64,000 nucleotides of DNA from an uncultured delta proteobacterium (lineage in GTDB: Bacteria; Myxococcota; Myxococcia; Myxococcales; Myxococcaceae): contig CAVYSY010000006.1 in the NCBI GenBank assembly GCA_963771175.1, positions 64,001-128,000 of the forward strand, in the 5' to 3' direction. The notes under the pieces are model-generated. The model ran no database searches. It saw only the letters and a list, made by a program, of their open reading frames with translations, and had not been told where the DNA came from. The position numbers and the translations under genes are program-made. Of the stretch, positions 1-12,323 are shown one piece after another (within the stretch, counting starts at the first letter, position 1; every line of letters begins with the position of its first letter).

Positions 1-139
1 ACACGAGCCAACCCGCCCGCCGGGCGGGCGAGCGCCCCGGGCGGCTCGAGCCCTGGACTCGGGTGCGAGGGCAGACCCCCGCCCAGACCCGCCCCCAACG
101 AGGAGCGGGGAGTCCCGGGAAAGCCACCCGAGGAGCAGC

Positions 140-731
140 TCAGCGCAGCTCGACGCGCTCCTTGCCACCCTTCTTCCGCACCCAGGCCTTCGGCTTCGGC
201 GGCACCGCCGGCTCCGGCCTCCTGGGCGTGGTCTCCGCGAGGGCCTTCGACGCCGCCCGGCCTCGGGGCAACACCACCTCGGAAACCGACTGAGGCTCCG
301 CGTCGTCCTTCCAGGCCTTCGGCCGCCGGTCCGTCTTCACCAGCAACCGCAGCTTCTGGTAGTGCGCCGAGCAGTACCCCTTCGAGCGCGCCGGACGCTT
401 GCAACCGATGACCGCGCACTTGCGCCCCCGTGCCTCCGCGACGGGGGGGGCCGCCGGACGGCCCCTCGGCGCCGGCACCACCGCCGCGGCCTCGGCCTGG
501 CGCCCACGGGCCGCGCACGCGCCCCGCGGGCACCGGAACCGCCACGCCCGGCAGGGGTAGCTGCAGCGAACCCATCCGCGAGGCCAGTGGCGCCAGGCGA
601 TGGATGACGTCCGCCAGCTCCTCGAGCACATCCAGACTCTGGCTCATGCGCGCGACGGCCTTGTGCATGGGCGCCAGCCGGGTCCGTAGCTCCGCCTGGA
701 CCATCTCCCGCAACGGTTTCTCAATCGACAT
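140..731 (-). CDS. Myxobacterial basic Zn-finger protein (VegA/'cell wall protein'-like), 1 frameshift in G-run ~442-450
   Basis: ATG at 731 gives [16 protein letters not shown]; after the shift it reads [22 protein letters not shown] (C-x4-C...C-x2-H) with a Lys/Arg-rich tail. Confidence 0.65.
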
Positions 732-920
732 GCTCGCACCATATGCCACCCCGGGGCCCACACCGCCAGTCCCACCGACACCCGCCCCCCTCGCTCTGTC
801 GACCCGCTCACGCCGCCCCCCAGCGTCCACCGCCGCGCACCGGCTGCGAAATGCTGCGGCGCTCCCGTCCCGCTTGGGGCATGGTGCGCGCCGACCGCTG
901 GGCACCAAGGAATCCGAGAC

Positions 921-2976
<2,056 letters not shown>

Positions 2977-3058
2977 CGCCGTGCATGTGAGGTGAGGGTC
3001 TTCCCTGGTTCATCTGAACAGGTGGACGGGGAAGGCCCGAACCGAACCGAGGAGAGCC

Positions 3059-4186
3059 ATGGGATTCACGTTGCAGGTCGACAACTACCGAGCGCTCCGG
3101 AAGGTGCGCTGGAGTCCCTCGGGGGTCTGCGCCATCACCGGACCGAATGGCGCAGGCAAGACGACCCTGCTGTCGGCCATCGAGTTCCTCCGGCACTTCC
3201 TCGAGCGGGGTACTCAAGCGGCTGTCGACTTCTCGGGTGGAACCGCGAACATCAAGCACCAGCATGCGGCGCCAGATGAGTTCATCCGACTCGAGCTGTC
3301 CCAAGGAGATTGCCTTTGGATTGTTGGAGCAAACCTCAAGCCACCTTCGCTTGAGCTTGAGGACAATGTGCGGGTCAAGAAGGAGACTGTCGCCTACCAG
3401 GCTCCCTCCCTGGGTATTGCACACGTCTTGGGCCAGGAGCTGGCTGTTTCAGGAGATTCCATCTTCACCCACGCCATGAGCCTGCTGCCTCTTGCCCACC
3501 GAGAGGCACTCAAAGGTCTTCATGGGCTCGCGTCGAACTTCCGCCTGTATCAGAACCTCCAACACTGGAGCCTGCGCACCACCGGCTCACCCGCCACCAC
3601 GGACCTGTATCTCCATTCAGATGGGCGCAATGCCTTCTCCCTGTTGCGCAACTGGAAGGCAGGACGGAAGGAGCATGAGGAGCGATGGCTCTTCGTCCGC
3701 AATGGGCTGCGTGAGTGCTTCCCAGAGCTCTTCGAGGACATCGAGTTCCTCGTGGCCGGGCAGACCGTCACGGTCCAGTTCTTCTTCCGGGGTCTCCGCG
3801 AGCCGATCGCTACCTACTCGGCGCCACACGGTCTGCTCGTCGCCCTGCTCCATCTGTGTGCCATTGCCTCAGCGCCTGACGGTGGTGCCGTGGCCATCGA
3901 CGAACCGGAGAACGGGCTGCACCCTTATGCCATCCGGACGCTGATGGACCTGGCGAGGGCCCGCGCCGCGGCGAAGGACCTGACCATCCTCCTCGCGACG
4001 CACTCCCCGGTGGTGCTCAACACCTTCAACACCGAGCCCGAGCACGTCTACATCATGGAGCCCGGCCACGAGGTCCTCCCCGTGGCGCTCAGCGAGCACA
4101 GCAATCCGGAGTGGCTCGCGCACTTCTCACTCGGGGACCTCTACAGCGATCAGTCCTTCGGAGCACAGAGGCGTCCCCCCCAGTGA
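3059..4186 (+). CDS. ABC-type AAA ATPase (AAA_21/AbiEii-like)
   Basis: Walker A GPNGAGKT, Walker B/D-loop IDEPENGLHP, H-switch ATHSP; typical C-terminal LGDLY; less GC-biased codons. Confidence 0.9.
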   Translation: MGFTLQVDNYRALRKVRWSPSGVCAITGPNGAGKTTLLSAIEFLRHFLERGTQAAVDFSGGTANIKHQHAAPDEFIRLELSQGDCLWIVGANLKPPSLELEDNVRVKKETVAYQAPSLGIAHVLGQELAVSGDSIFTHAMSLLPLAHREALKGLHGLASNFRLYQNLQHWSLRTTGSPATTDLYLHSDGRNAFSLLRNWKAGRKEHEERWLFVRNGLRECFPELFEDIEFLVAGQTVTVQFFFRGLREPIATYSAPHGLLVALLHLCAIASAPDGGAVAIDEPENGLHPYAIRTLMDLARARAAAKDLTILLATHSPVVLNTFNTEPEHVYIMEPGHEVLPVALSEHSNPEWLAHFSLGDLYSDQSFGAQRRPPQ

Positions 4187-5042
4187 GCGTCCGGGTTCAG
4201 CTCATCGTCACGGGAGAGCTCGAACGCCTTGGCCTGCACCTCTCCCTACGGAAGCTCTTCGCATCCACTGAAGCGGAGGTGGAATTCCTCCCTCCGTTGA
4301 AGACGCAGGACTTCACGTCCAATCGCGTCGGAGCAGTGCTGCCCATGGAGCTGGCATTCAAATCGCTTGCCGGGAAGCTCGCGGGTGCGCTGGTGAGCAC
4401 GGTGTACCCCGGCCGGGGCGGCACGCTGCAGGCGGACCACGTCATCGCGGTGGATGACTGGAGCTGGTCAACGCGGACCAACCCGGGCACGTCCTGGAGT
4501 ACTTCCGCCACGCCGTGAGGGCTCACGTCGACAGCACCTTCCCCACAGCGGCCACTCGCGAACGGGTGTACCAGGCGCTCGCCGAGCGCGGCTCGTTCCA
4601 CCTGCTCGCCCCGATGGTCGAGTCCTACTTCTTCGGAGAGGCGGCCGCGCTCGAACGGGCCAAGGCCTCCCGGGCCCCCAACCAGTTCGACACGGCTCGC
4701 GACCTCGAGGACTTCGAGGTGGATGACCCGGCCTATCTGGCACCAGCGCCCTCCAACGCGCCCTGGAAGACCGAACCGCGCCACCGCCACCCGAAGAACT
4801 ACGTCCGGTATCTCTGCGATCCAACGGGCACTCAACTGCGCGCCTATCGCGAGACGCACGAGGGGCTCGATGCCCTCCAAGCACTCGACTGGACAGCGGT
4901 CCTCCGCAACGAAGTGCACGCGGCCTTCGCACGAGCGCTCGTTGACGATGTCGCCGATGCGTTGAACGTTCCCTCGCCGTGTCCTGGCATCTGCTCGCCG
5001 CTGACCGCTCGCAAGGGAGACGGCCTGCTACGGAACATTTGA
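4183..5042 (+). CDS. ATPase partner, TOPRIM-like/DUF4276-like putative nuclease (frameshift ~4457)
   Basis: GTG overlaps the ATPase TGA; reconstructed LIVTGELE...VIAVDDLE...PMVESYFF...HPKNY acidic motifs. Confidence 0.6.
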
Positions 5043-5084
5043 TGCGGTTGACGTCGCTCGGCCCACTGGGGCACGAGGCGCTCC

Positions 5085-5709
5085 ATGTACATCCCCCGCC
5101 ACTTCCACGAGCAGGACACCAAGCAGCTCTTCTCGCTCATGGAGCGCTTCGGCTTCGCCACGCTGGTGACGACCGAGGCCGGCGTGCCCTTCGCCACCCA
5201 CGTGCCCCTGCTCGCCGAGCGCCACCCCGTGCACGGTGACAGGCTGCTGGGCCACATGGCCCGCGCCAACCCGCAGTGGCGCGCCTTCCCGGAGACGCGC
5301 GAGGCACTCGCCATCTTCCACGGGCCGCACGCCTACGTGTCCCCCACCTGGTACGCGACGCGGCCCAACGTGCCCACGTGGAACTACGCCGTCGTCCACG
5401 CCTACGGCTCGCCCCGCGTCATCGAGGAGCCCGCCGAGGTGCTGCGCATCCGCGGAGTCCTCGGCGAAGTACGAGTCCGGCTCCGCCTCGCCCTGGAGCC
5501 CCGAGCAGGCCGAGGACCACGTCCGCAAGCTCACCGCCGGCATCGTCGCCTTCGAGCTCCGCCTCACCCGGCTCGAGGGCAAGTTCAAGCTGAGCCAGAA
5601 CCGCACCGAGGAGGACCGGCGCGGCGTCCTCGAGGCCCTGGAACGGAGCACCTCGCCGGACGACCAGGCGCTGGCCGAGCTCATGCGGTCCCGCGAGCCC
5701 CGCCCGTAA
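5085..5709 (+). CDS. PaiB-family FMN-binding negative transcriptional regulator (frameshift ~5450)
   Basis: MYIPRHF, GHMARANPQW, GPHAYVSPTWY, VPTWNY and KFKLSQNR motifs. Confidence 0.92.
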
Positions 5710-5850
5710 GCCCCCGGCAACAGGCCCTTTTCCCTCCGCCTCGCGCTCCGTCGTGGAGCGGCCTGACAGTCAAGCCCCCGCTGCACGACGCGGGAAGACG
5801 CCTCAGCTTCCCGGCCGCAACCGCATCACGGCAAAGGGAGGGAAGACATC

Positions 5851-6294
5851 ATGACCAGGACGAAGCTTCTGCTGACGGGCCTTCTCGCGGGCGCGGTGGC
5901 GTTCGGCACGGCGTGCAAGACGGACAAGGGCAACACGAACACCGGCACCAGTACCGACACCACGAACACCGGCCCCGGTACCGACACCACCATGACCACG
6001 GATGCCGGCACGGGCGGCGCGGGCTACGACACCCCGGACCGCAGCCGTCAGGACGTCAACCAGGAGCCCCAGGAGGGCACGCGCGAGCTGGAGCCGGGCG
6101 TCCACGAGGGCCACACCATTGAAGAGCCCTTTGACGAGCCCGGCACCGGCGGCACGGGCCTCGATGAGGAGCCCATCGACAGGACCGACAGCCTGGGCGA
6201 GGAGACCGGCGAGGAGCCGCTCAACCCCGGCGCCCCGGCCAACACGGAAGACCCGATGCAGCGTGACGAGGACCTGCTCGAGCCGGAGCAGTAG
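5851..6294 (+). CDS. Acidic low-complexity lipoprotein
   Basis: Signal peptide with lipobox FGTAC; T/G/E/D-rich disordered body. Confidence 0.8.
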   Translation: MTRTKLLLTGLLAGAVAFGTACKTDKGNTNTGTSTDTTNTGPGTDTTMTTDAGTGGAGYDTPDRSRQDVNQEPQEGTRELEPGVHEGHTIEEPFDEPGTGGTGLDEEPIDRTDSLGEETGEEPLNPGAPANTEDPMQRDEDLLEPEQ

Positions 6295-6357
6295 ACCCCG
6301 CGAGGGCAGTCCCTGACGGGCTCACGCGCAAGGTCCGCGCATCGGCCTCGCTGCTCT

Positions 6358-6432
6358 CGACCTCCTGGGCGCGCGCTGCGAAAACCTGTCCGACAGTCGG
6401 ACAGGTTTTTCAAAAGCGCGCCCGGGAGGTCG
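6358..6432. repeat. Intergenic dyad repeat, unit type B (copy 1)
   Basis: Perfect palindrome AAAACCTGTCCGAC-A-GTCGGACAGGTTTT at 6381-6409, flanked by arms GACCTCCTGGGCGCG / CGCGCCCGGGAGGTC. Confidence 0.9.
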
Positions 6433-6488
6433 GCATCACCTCGGGAGGAATCGGACCACGGACGAGAGGCTCGTGGGCCGAGCCGTTC

Positions 6489-7124
6489 TCAAGGCGTCGC
6501 GGGCGCGGCCTGCTCGCTGGCGGGCGCGGGCGCGGCGGCCTCGGCCGGCACCGGCGGCGCGGCCTGGGCTGCCTCGGCCTCGGCGGCCCGACGCTTCTCG
6601 GCCTGCGCCTTGAGGTTGTCCAGGCCCGTCTGGAAGTGCTCGCCGAGCATCTTCTCGATGAACCCGACTCCGTACCCTCCCAGCACAGGAGGCAGCAGGC
6701 CCTCGTCCACCCACGTCACCTTGGTGCCGCCGCCCTCCTGGGTCCACGTGAGCGAGCCGTGCGCGTTGACCTCCGTGTCCGTCTCGATCATCTCGTCGAC
6801 CCAGACGCCCGAGGCCACGTCGCTCTTGGTGATGGTCATCTTCCCGTGCCCCATCTTCGGGCCATTCCAGGACCACCACCCGCCCACGCCGGAGGCCGGA
6901 CCGCCGTACTCGTACTTCACCTCGGGGTCCATCTTGTTGTTCCACGCGGCCCAGGACTGCCAGGCCTTGAGCTCGTTGACGAGCGGGTGGATGTGCTCGG
7001 GCGCGGCGTTGATGACCACCGAGCGCTCGACGTGCCACGTGCGGGGAAGGAACAGCCCCACGACGACCAGCACCGCCACGAGCCCCACGAGCCCGAGCCC
7101 CACGACCTTCAGAACGCGCTTCAT
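6489..7124 (-). CDS. SRPBCC/polyketide-cyclase-like membrane-anchored protein
   Basis: N-terminal TM helix, then VERSVVINAAPE..W..W..W and FQTGLDNLK, typical of SRPBCC. Confidence 0.85.
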   Translation of the reverse strand: MKRVLKVVGLGLVGLVAVLVVVGLFLPRTWHVERSVVINAAPEHIHPLVNELKAWQSWAAWNNKMDPEVKYEYGGPASGVGGWWSWNGPKMGHGKMTITKSDVASGVWVDEMIETDTEVNAHGSLTWTQEGGGTKVTWVDEGLLPPVLGGYGVGFIEKMLGEHFQTGLDNLKAQAEKRRAAEAEAAQAAPPVPAEAAAPAPASEQAAPATP

Positions 7125-7144
7125 GAATCTCCCCTGCAATCAGG

Positions 7145-8021
7145 TTACGGCCAAGGCGCGGCACTATATGCCGAGGCCTGCTGGCGCCAGAGTTCACGCG
7201 CCTCGTCCACGCCGACCGCCTGGAACTTCACGGGCATTCCGGGCCGGCGAGCCGCCAGACGCCCCCAGTCCGCCCGGATGACCACCGCGACCACCGGGTA
7301 GCCCCCGATGGTGGGATGGTCCGGCCCGAGCACGATGGGCTCGCCCGAGGACGGCACCTGAATGGCACCGCGCACCATGGGCGCGGACAGCTCCCGAGCC
7401 CGTGTCCGTCTGGGGCAGCATCGGCCCGCGCAGCCGCATGCCCACGCGGTCGCTCGCGGGAGACACGGTGAAGGTGTTCCCCAGCAGCACCTCCTCCACG
7501 CCCGAGCCGAAGCGCGCCACGTCCGGCCCCAGCACCACGCGCACCTCGGATGCCAGTGACAGCTCGGCGCGCACCTCCACCCGGGCGCCACCTCCCGCTC
7601 CGAGCGGCAGCACGTCTCCGCGCTTCAACGCCCGACCCTCGTGGCCTCCGAGCCGCGCCACCAGCAGCGTGCCTCGTCCCCCGAGCACCTCGGGCACGGC
7701 GAGCCCTCCCTCCACCGCCACGTAGCGCACCGAGGCCGACTTCGGCGCGGGCACCGGGATGAGCCCACCGTCCTCCACCTGGAAGACCTGGCCGTCCACC
7801 GACACCCACGCGCTCCGCCCGTGCAGCCGCAGCACCAACCGGCCGTAACACTCCAGCGCCGCCGAGCCCCACGCGTTGCCCACCGCGCGGTTGCCCGCGG
7901 CCAGCCACTCGGGAACCAGCGCGCCCCCGGGAGGCACACCGTGGTGCATGCGACCCGCGCGACCTCCGTCCTGCACCAGCACCGGCCCATGGACCTCCAG
8001 CACCTCCAGCCACGCGTCCAT
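7145..8021 (-). CDS. pxpC: 5-oxoprolinase subunit C (KipA/AHS2 family; frameshift ~7395)
   Basis: VQDGGR, SDRVGMRL and GAIQVPSSGEPIVLGPDHPTIGGYPV motifs. Confidence 0.88.
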
Positions 8022-9307
8022 CAGTCCACCCGCTCGAAGCGCACCCGGTCCCCGAGCCGCAGCTGCGCGCCGGAGTCGGGCCGGAAGGGAGTGAAGTCCA
8101 CGGCGGTGCCGAGGAGGTTCCACCCGCCCGGCGAGGCGAACGGGTAGATGCCGGTGCGACGCCCGGCCAGCCCCACCGCGAGCGCCGGCACCCGCGTCCT
8201 CGGCGTGGAGAGCCGGGGCACGGCGATGCGCGCGTCCACCTCGCCCAGGTAGGCGAAGCCAGGGAGGAAGCCCACCGTGCGCACCGTGTACTCGCGCGAG
8301 GCGTGCAGCGACACCACGTCCTCCACCGAGAGCCCCACGCGCTCGGCCACCGCCGACAGGTCCGGCCCGTCGTAGCGCACGCGCACGATGACGAGCGGCG
8401 CCTCCACCACCGGCCCCGAGGCCCCCACGAGCCGGCCCAGCACGCGCCGGGGGTCCTCGGGAGGCGCGGCCGGGTCGAAGTACACGCAGGCGTGCTCCTC
8501 GCCCACCACCACGTCCACCACGCCGGGAGCGGCCTTCAAGGCCTCCTGCACCGCGCGCTGCCCCAGCCGCTCGGGCAGGACGAGCCGCCACGCGCCCTCG
8601 CCGAAGGACTCGGAGCGCAGCGACAGCACGTCCAGCACCGCGCGCACCTCGCGGGCCATCGCCACCGCGCCCGGCGAGTCCCCATGCACGCACAGCGTGT
8701 CCACCGTCCCACCGGTCGCGAGCCGCAGCGCGTTCTCCCGGGCCACCGCGGGGTCGGTCAGCACCGCGCCCGGCTGCCCGCGCGGAATGAGCGAGCCATC
8801 CGGCCGCGTGCCCCGGTCGGCGAAGCCCTCGCGCGCGTAGGTCAGCCCCGCCGCCTGGGCCGCGTCCCGCAGCGCGCCCGAGCCCGGACCGACGAAGGTG
8901 AGGCCCGTGCCGAGCGACTCGACGACTCCGGCCACCACCGCGCGGGCGAGCGCGGGCTCCCGGTTGGCCGCGTGGTACAGGGCGCCATGCGGCTTGGCGT
9001 AGCGCACGGGCACGCCCACCTCGGAGGCCAGGGCCCTCAGCCGGGCGCACTGGGCGGCCACCTGGGCGCGCAGCACCTCGGGGGCGACCCGCACTTCCTG
9101 GCGTCCGAAGTTCGCGCGGTCCTCATAGGAGGGGTGCGCCCCGGCCCGAGTCCCATGGCGCGCGCACAGCTCGAGCGCCCGGCGCATGGAGTGCTCGTCT
9201 CCGGCGTGCCCACCACAGGCGATGTTCGCCACCTGCGCGGACACATAGAGCTGCTCATCCTCGTCGGGTAGCTCGCCGAGGTCGATGTTGAGGAGACACT
9301 CCGCCAT
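8021..9307 (-). CDS. pxpA: Fused 5-oxoprolinase subunits A (LamB/YcsF) and B (KipI/AHS1)
   Basis: LNIDLGE, ANIACGGHAGD, KPHGALY and TLCVHGD, followed in frame by GFLPGFAYL and GIYPFASPGGWNLLG. Confidence 0.88.
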   Translation of the reverse strand: MAECLLNIDLGELPDEDEQLYVSAQVANIACGGHAGDEHSMRRALELCARHGTRAGAHPSYEDRANFGRQEVRVAPEVLRAQVAAQCARLRALASEVGVPVRYAKPHGALYHAANREPALARAVVAGVVESLGTGLTFVGPGSGALRDAAQAAGLTYAREGFADRGTRPDGSLIPRGQPGAVLTDPAVARENALRLATGGTVDTLCVHGDSPGAVAMAREVRAVLDVLSLRSESFGEGAWRLVLPERLGQRAVQEALKAAPGVVDVVVGEEHACVYFDPAAPPEDPRRVLGRLVGASGPVVEAPLVIVRVRYDGPDLSAVAERVGLSVEDVVSLHASREYTVRTVGFLPGFAYLGEVDARIAVPRLSTPRTRVPALAVGLAGRRTGIYPFASPGGWNLLGTAVDFTPFRPDSGAQLRLGDRVRFERVD

Positions 9308-9479
9308 GGCGTGATGCACGCTACCCGAGGTCCGCGCTCCAAGTGCGCCCGCGTGCTCCCCAGCCGAGGCCCCGGTGTCCTGCACGAGACGGCGGGGCCG
9401 CTCCGCGAATACGAAGGCCCGGCCAGGGAAGTCCTCCCCAGCCGGGCCCTCGCTCCCCCCGGGCTACCGCTTCCGGTGA

Positions 9480-10445
9480 CTACTCCTCGCGGCCGCCGAG
9501 CAGCGGGACGACGAGCTCCTGGCCTCCCTCGGTGACGCGGCCCGAGTCCTCGGGCTGGTCCACCGGCGTGGCGTGCACCACCAGCGCGGGGACGTACTCC
9601 TCCACGCTCACGGGGGCGGTGGGGTAGAGCTTCTCCTCCTCCACGCCCGTGCCGCCCTCGACGAGCCGCGAGGGCACGTACGCCACCCGCGCCTGCACGC
9701 CGGCCAGGGAGCACGGGGTGTTGCTGCTCCGAAGCTGCATCACCAGCTCCTCGTACACCTTGTCACGCGACAGGGTGTCCGAGGCGCTCAGCTTGGGCAC
9801 CAGCCGGAAGTCGGACCAGCGCACGTGCAGGCGCGCCACCTGGCCTTTGGGATCCACCGCCGCGTGCACCTTCGAGCCGAGTACGGGGAAGCCCAGCACC
9901 TGGCGCTGCATCCACACGTGCAGCTCCGTGCGCGCCGAGCTGGCGCGGCCCGTGTCCCGGTCGAACGAGGAGGCACGCAGGGCCCGGACGAAGGTCGAGC
10001 GCCCGTCCAGCTCGTCCAGGGGCACGCCGAAGTCCGCCGCGGCCTTGTAGGCCAGCTCGTACGCGGCGCCCTCGGTGAGGGAGGTGGACTGGTTCAGCTC
10101 GGAGCGCTGGCGGTTGAGGTAGGTGACCTTGCCGCGCGAGAGGTCCACCCGCATCGTCGAGCCGCTGGTGTTGCGGTACACGCAGCGGGTGGAGGTGCAG
10201 GAGGTCTCGGGCGACAGCTCGTCGCCCACGGTGCGCGAGGCCAGCGAGGCGTTGAAGGCCGTCGAGAGGCTCGACTTCGCCGAGGCGGACAGCATCCGCT
10301 GCATGATGCTGGCATCCCCCACCTCGAGCGGGAGGGCCTCGCGCGCGAGCTCCTCGAAGGTGGGGCACGTCTGGGCGAGGGCGCTGGCCGGGCCGAGCAG
10401 GCTGGCGGCGACGAGCCCCATCATCACGTTCACGTTCGTCTTCAT
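9480..10445 (-). CDS. Secreted hypothetical protein with FTP/propeptide-like segment
   Basis: Sec signal (..ASALA); HVWMQRQVLGFPVLGSKVHAAVDPKGQV resembles M4/M36 propeptide motifs. Confidence 0.6.
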   Translation of the reverse strand: MKTNVNVMMGLVAASLLGPASALAQTCPTFEELAREALPLEVGDASIMQRMLSASAKSSLSTAFNASLASRTVGDELSPETSCTSTRCVYRNTSGSTMRVDLSRGKVTYLNRQRSELNQSTSLTEGAAYELAYKAAADFGVPLDELDGRSTFVRALRASSFDRDTGRASSARTELHVWMQRQVLGFPVLGSKVHAAVDPKGQVARLHVRWSDFRLVPKLSASDTLSRDKVYEELVMQLRSSNTPCSLAGVQARVAYVPSRLVEGGTGVEEEKLYPTAPVSVEEYVPALVVHATPVDQPEDSGRVTEGGQELVVPLLGGREE

Positions 10446-10474
10446 GGGTGTGTCTCCGTTTTCCGTGCCGGTGC

Positions 10475-11392
10475 TCAGTTGGGGTCCGTGAAGGCCGTCT
10501 CGCCCGCGGGGTCGCAGCCCTCGTAGAAGCTGTAGGCCCAGCCGTGGATGTCGTTCGGATCCGCGTAGATGAAGGTGTAGCGCTCGGTGAGGAGGCGCAG
10601 CAGGGCGTCGCCGGGGGTGCTGCCCACCGAGAGGGCGATGGGGCACTGCGCGTCGCCCTTCCCGTTGACGTCCGCGTAGTACATGTTGTCGAGCCACGCG
10701 GTGCGGATGGAGATGTCGTGCGCGTCGTCCGCGAAGTCCTCGTAGTCGTCCACGAACGAGGAGCCAATCCACATCAGCCCGTGGAAGCCATCCACCTGGT
10801 GCAGGCGCTGGCCGTTCTTCGCCGAGTCCACGTCCTGGAACATGTGCCAGGCGGAGTTGATGTTGTCGTCGTCCATGCTCTGGCAGGACGAGAGGTGGAG
10901 GAACTCCAGGTCCATGTCGCCCACCTGGACGTCGTCGGTGGAGGCGCCCTCGGCCCCATCGAGCGAGCACTGGCCGCTGGAGTCCTTCACGCGCAGCGAG
11001 CCCACCCAGTGCTTGTTGCTGTCGGCGCCGTGCAGGGCGATGATCGCCGCGTCGGCGTCATCGAGGTACGAGTAGTCCGAGCACGAGGTGGACACGGGCG
11101 CGTCCGGGTCGCAGAAGCGACCGCGAGACATGGTGCCGTCCACGTAGGCGCCGTCCTTGTAGAACACGCCGTGGCTGGTGGCCTCGTCGTACCAGGCGCG
11201 CGCCATGTCGTCCCACCAGGAGCGGGTGCCCCCACTGCACTCGGTGGTCCACTGGGTGATGGCGAACATCTTCGCCTCGCGGCTCGCCGCCATGGCGGGG
11301 TGGGAAGACAGCAGTGCCCAGGCGAGGGACAACACAGGCCCCCCCGCGCCGAGCACGCGGAGCAGGGCTCCACGGTTCGGGGTCTTCTTCAT
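10475..11392 (-). CDS. Secreted DUF6345-like putative clan CD cysteine peptidase
   Basis: Signal peptide (..PAMA); IIALHG and LHLSSC motifs resemble a His-Gly/Cys caspase-hemoglobinase dyad. Confidence 0.6.
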   Translation of the reverse strand: MKKTPNRGALLRVLGAGGPVLSLAWALLSSHPAMAASREAKMFAITQWTTECSGGTRSWWDDMARAWYDEATSHGVFYKDGAYVDGTMSRGRFCDPDAPVSTSCSDYSYLDDADAAIIALHGADSNKHWVGSLRVKDSSGQCSLDGAEGASTDDVQVGDMDLEFLHLSSCQSMDDDNINSAWHMFQDVDSAKNGQRLHQVDGFHGLMWIGSSFVDDYEDFADDAHDISIRTAWLDNMYYADVNGKGDAQCPIALSVGSTPGDALLRLLTERYTFIYADPNDIHGWAYSFYEGCDPAGETAFTDPN

Positions 11393-11588
11393 GTGGGATC
11401 TCCTCGTGATGGGCCGCTCAGTGGCAGCCACACCCTCTCAACGGACCCCCCGCCGGATCTTCCCGCGCGTGATTTATTTTCTCACCCGGGGTGGGGGCTG
11501 CTCCGGAGCACGGGGGGATGAAAGAATCCCCGCAACCTCCCGCCCGAATCAGTGTTCACGGAAACAACACCGGACTTCGATTCAGAGG

Positions 11589-12275
11589 ATGAGCACCATG
11601 AACCGCCTTTCTTCTTCCGCCCTCGTCGCCACCCTTCTCCTCACGGGCAGTGCCTCCGCCCAGGACCGTCGCAACCGCGTGGAGCGCGCGCAGGATCGCC
11701 AGGAAGTTCGCCAGGACAAGCGGGAGACGCGGGACGACCGGCGCGACGTGGCCGAGCTGGAGGCCGTGCTGGCGCGCTTCGACTCGGCGCGGGCGAGCAA
11801 GGACGAGCGCGAGATGGCCGCGGTGGAGACGCGGCTGCGCGAGCTGATGAAGCAGGAGCTGGCCGAGGGCCGCGTCGAGCTGGCGGCGGACAAGGCGGAG
11901 GTGCGGCGGGACAACCGGGAGGTGCGCTCGGACCGGCGGGAGGTGGGCCGGGACGTGGGGGCGGGCCGGCCGGGGGTGACCGCGGATGACCGCCGGGACC
12001 TGAGGGACGACCGGCGCGACCGGAGGGACGACGTCCGGGACACGCACGTCGAGGCGGCCTCTCAGTCGGCGCGGGTGGGCATCGCCCGGGAGCTGTCCTC
12101 GCTGGTGGGCAGCCGGCAGCCGGCGGACCTGCAGCGCACGCGCACGCTCCTCACGGAGCTCATCCAGCTCGGCCGTCAGGAGGTGCGCGGGGACCAGCAG
12201 GAGAAGCGCGAGGACCGCCGCGAGCTGCGTGAGGATCGCCGCGAGACGCGTGAGGACCGCCGCCAGGCCCACTGA
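11589..12275 (+). CDS. Secreted charged helical repeat protein
   Basis: Signal peptide ..SASA; many DRRE/EDRR heptad-like repeats. Confidence 0.8.
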   Translation: MSTMNRLSSSALVATLLLTGSASAQDRRNRVERAQDRQEVRQDKRETRDDRRDVAELEAVLARFDSARASKDEREMAAVETRLRELMKQELAEGRVELAADKAEVRRDNREVRSDRREVGRDVGAGRPGVTADDRRDLRDDRRDRRDDVRDTHVEAASQSARVGIARELSSLVGSRQPADLQRTRTLLTELIQLGRQEVRGDQQEKREDRRELREDRRETREDRRQAH

Positions 12276-12282
12276 GGAAGCC

Positions 12283-12310
12283 CGGGGTGGGCGTCTTCCG
12301 TCCCACCCCG
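12283..12310. terminator. Hairpin between convergent genes
   Basis: CGGGGTGGG-N10-CCCACCCCG; no U-tract. Confidence 0.4.
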
Positions 12311-12323
12311 TTGCACCCCGTGA

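Noticed and set aside
6381..6409. Dyad core as a CRISPR repeat, parS or dif site
   Set aside because: Copies are dispersed rather than arrayed, and the sequence does not match the parS (TGTTTCACGTGAAACA) or dif consensus.
9480..10970. 496-aa extended ORF
   Set aside because: The upstream portion is an alternate frame of the 10475..11392 gene; the real start is 10445.
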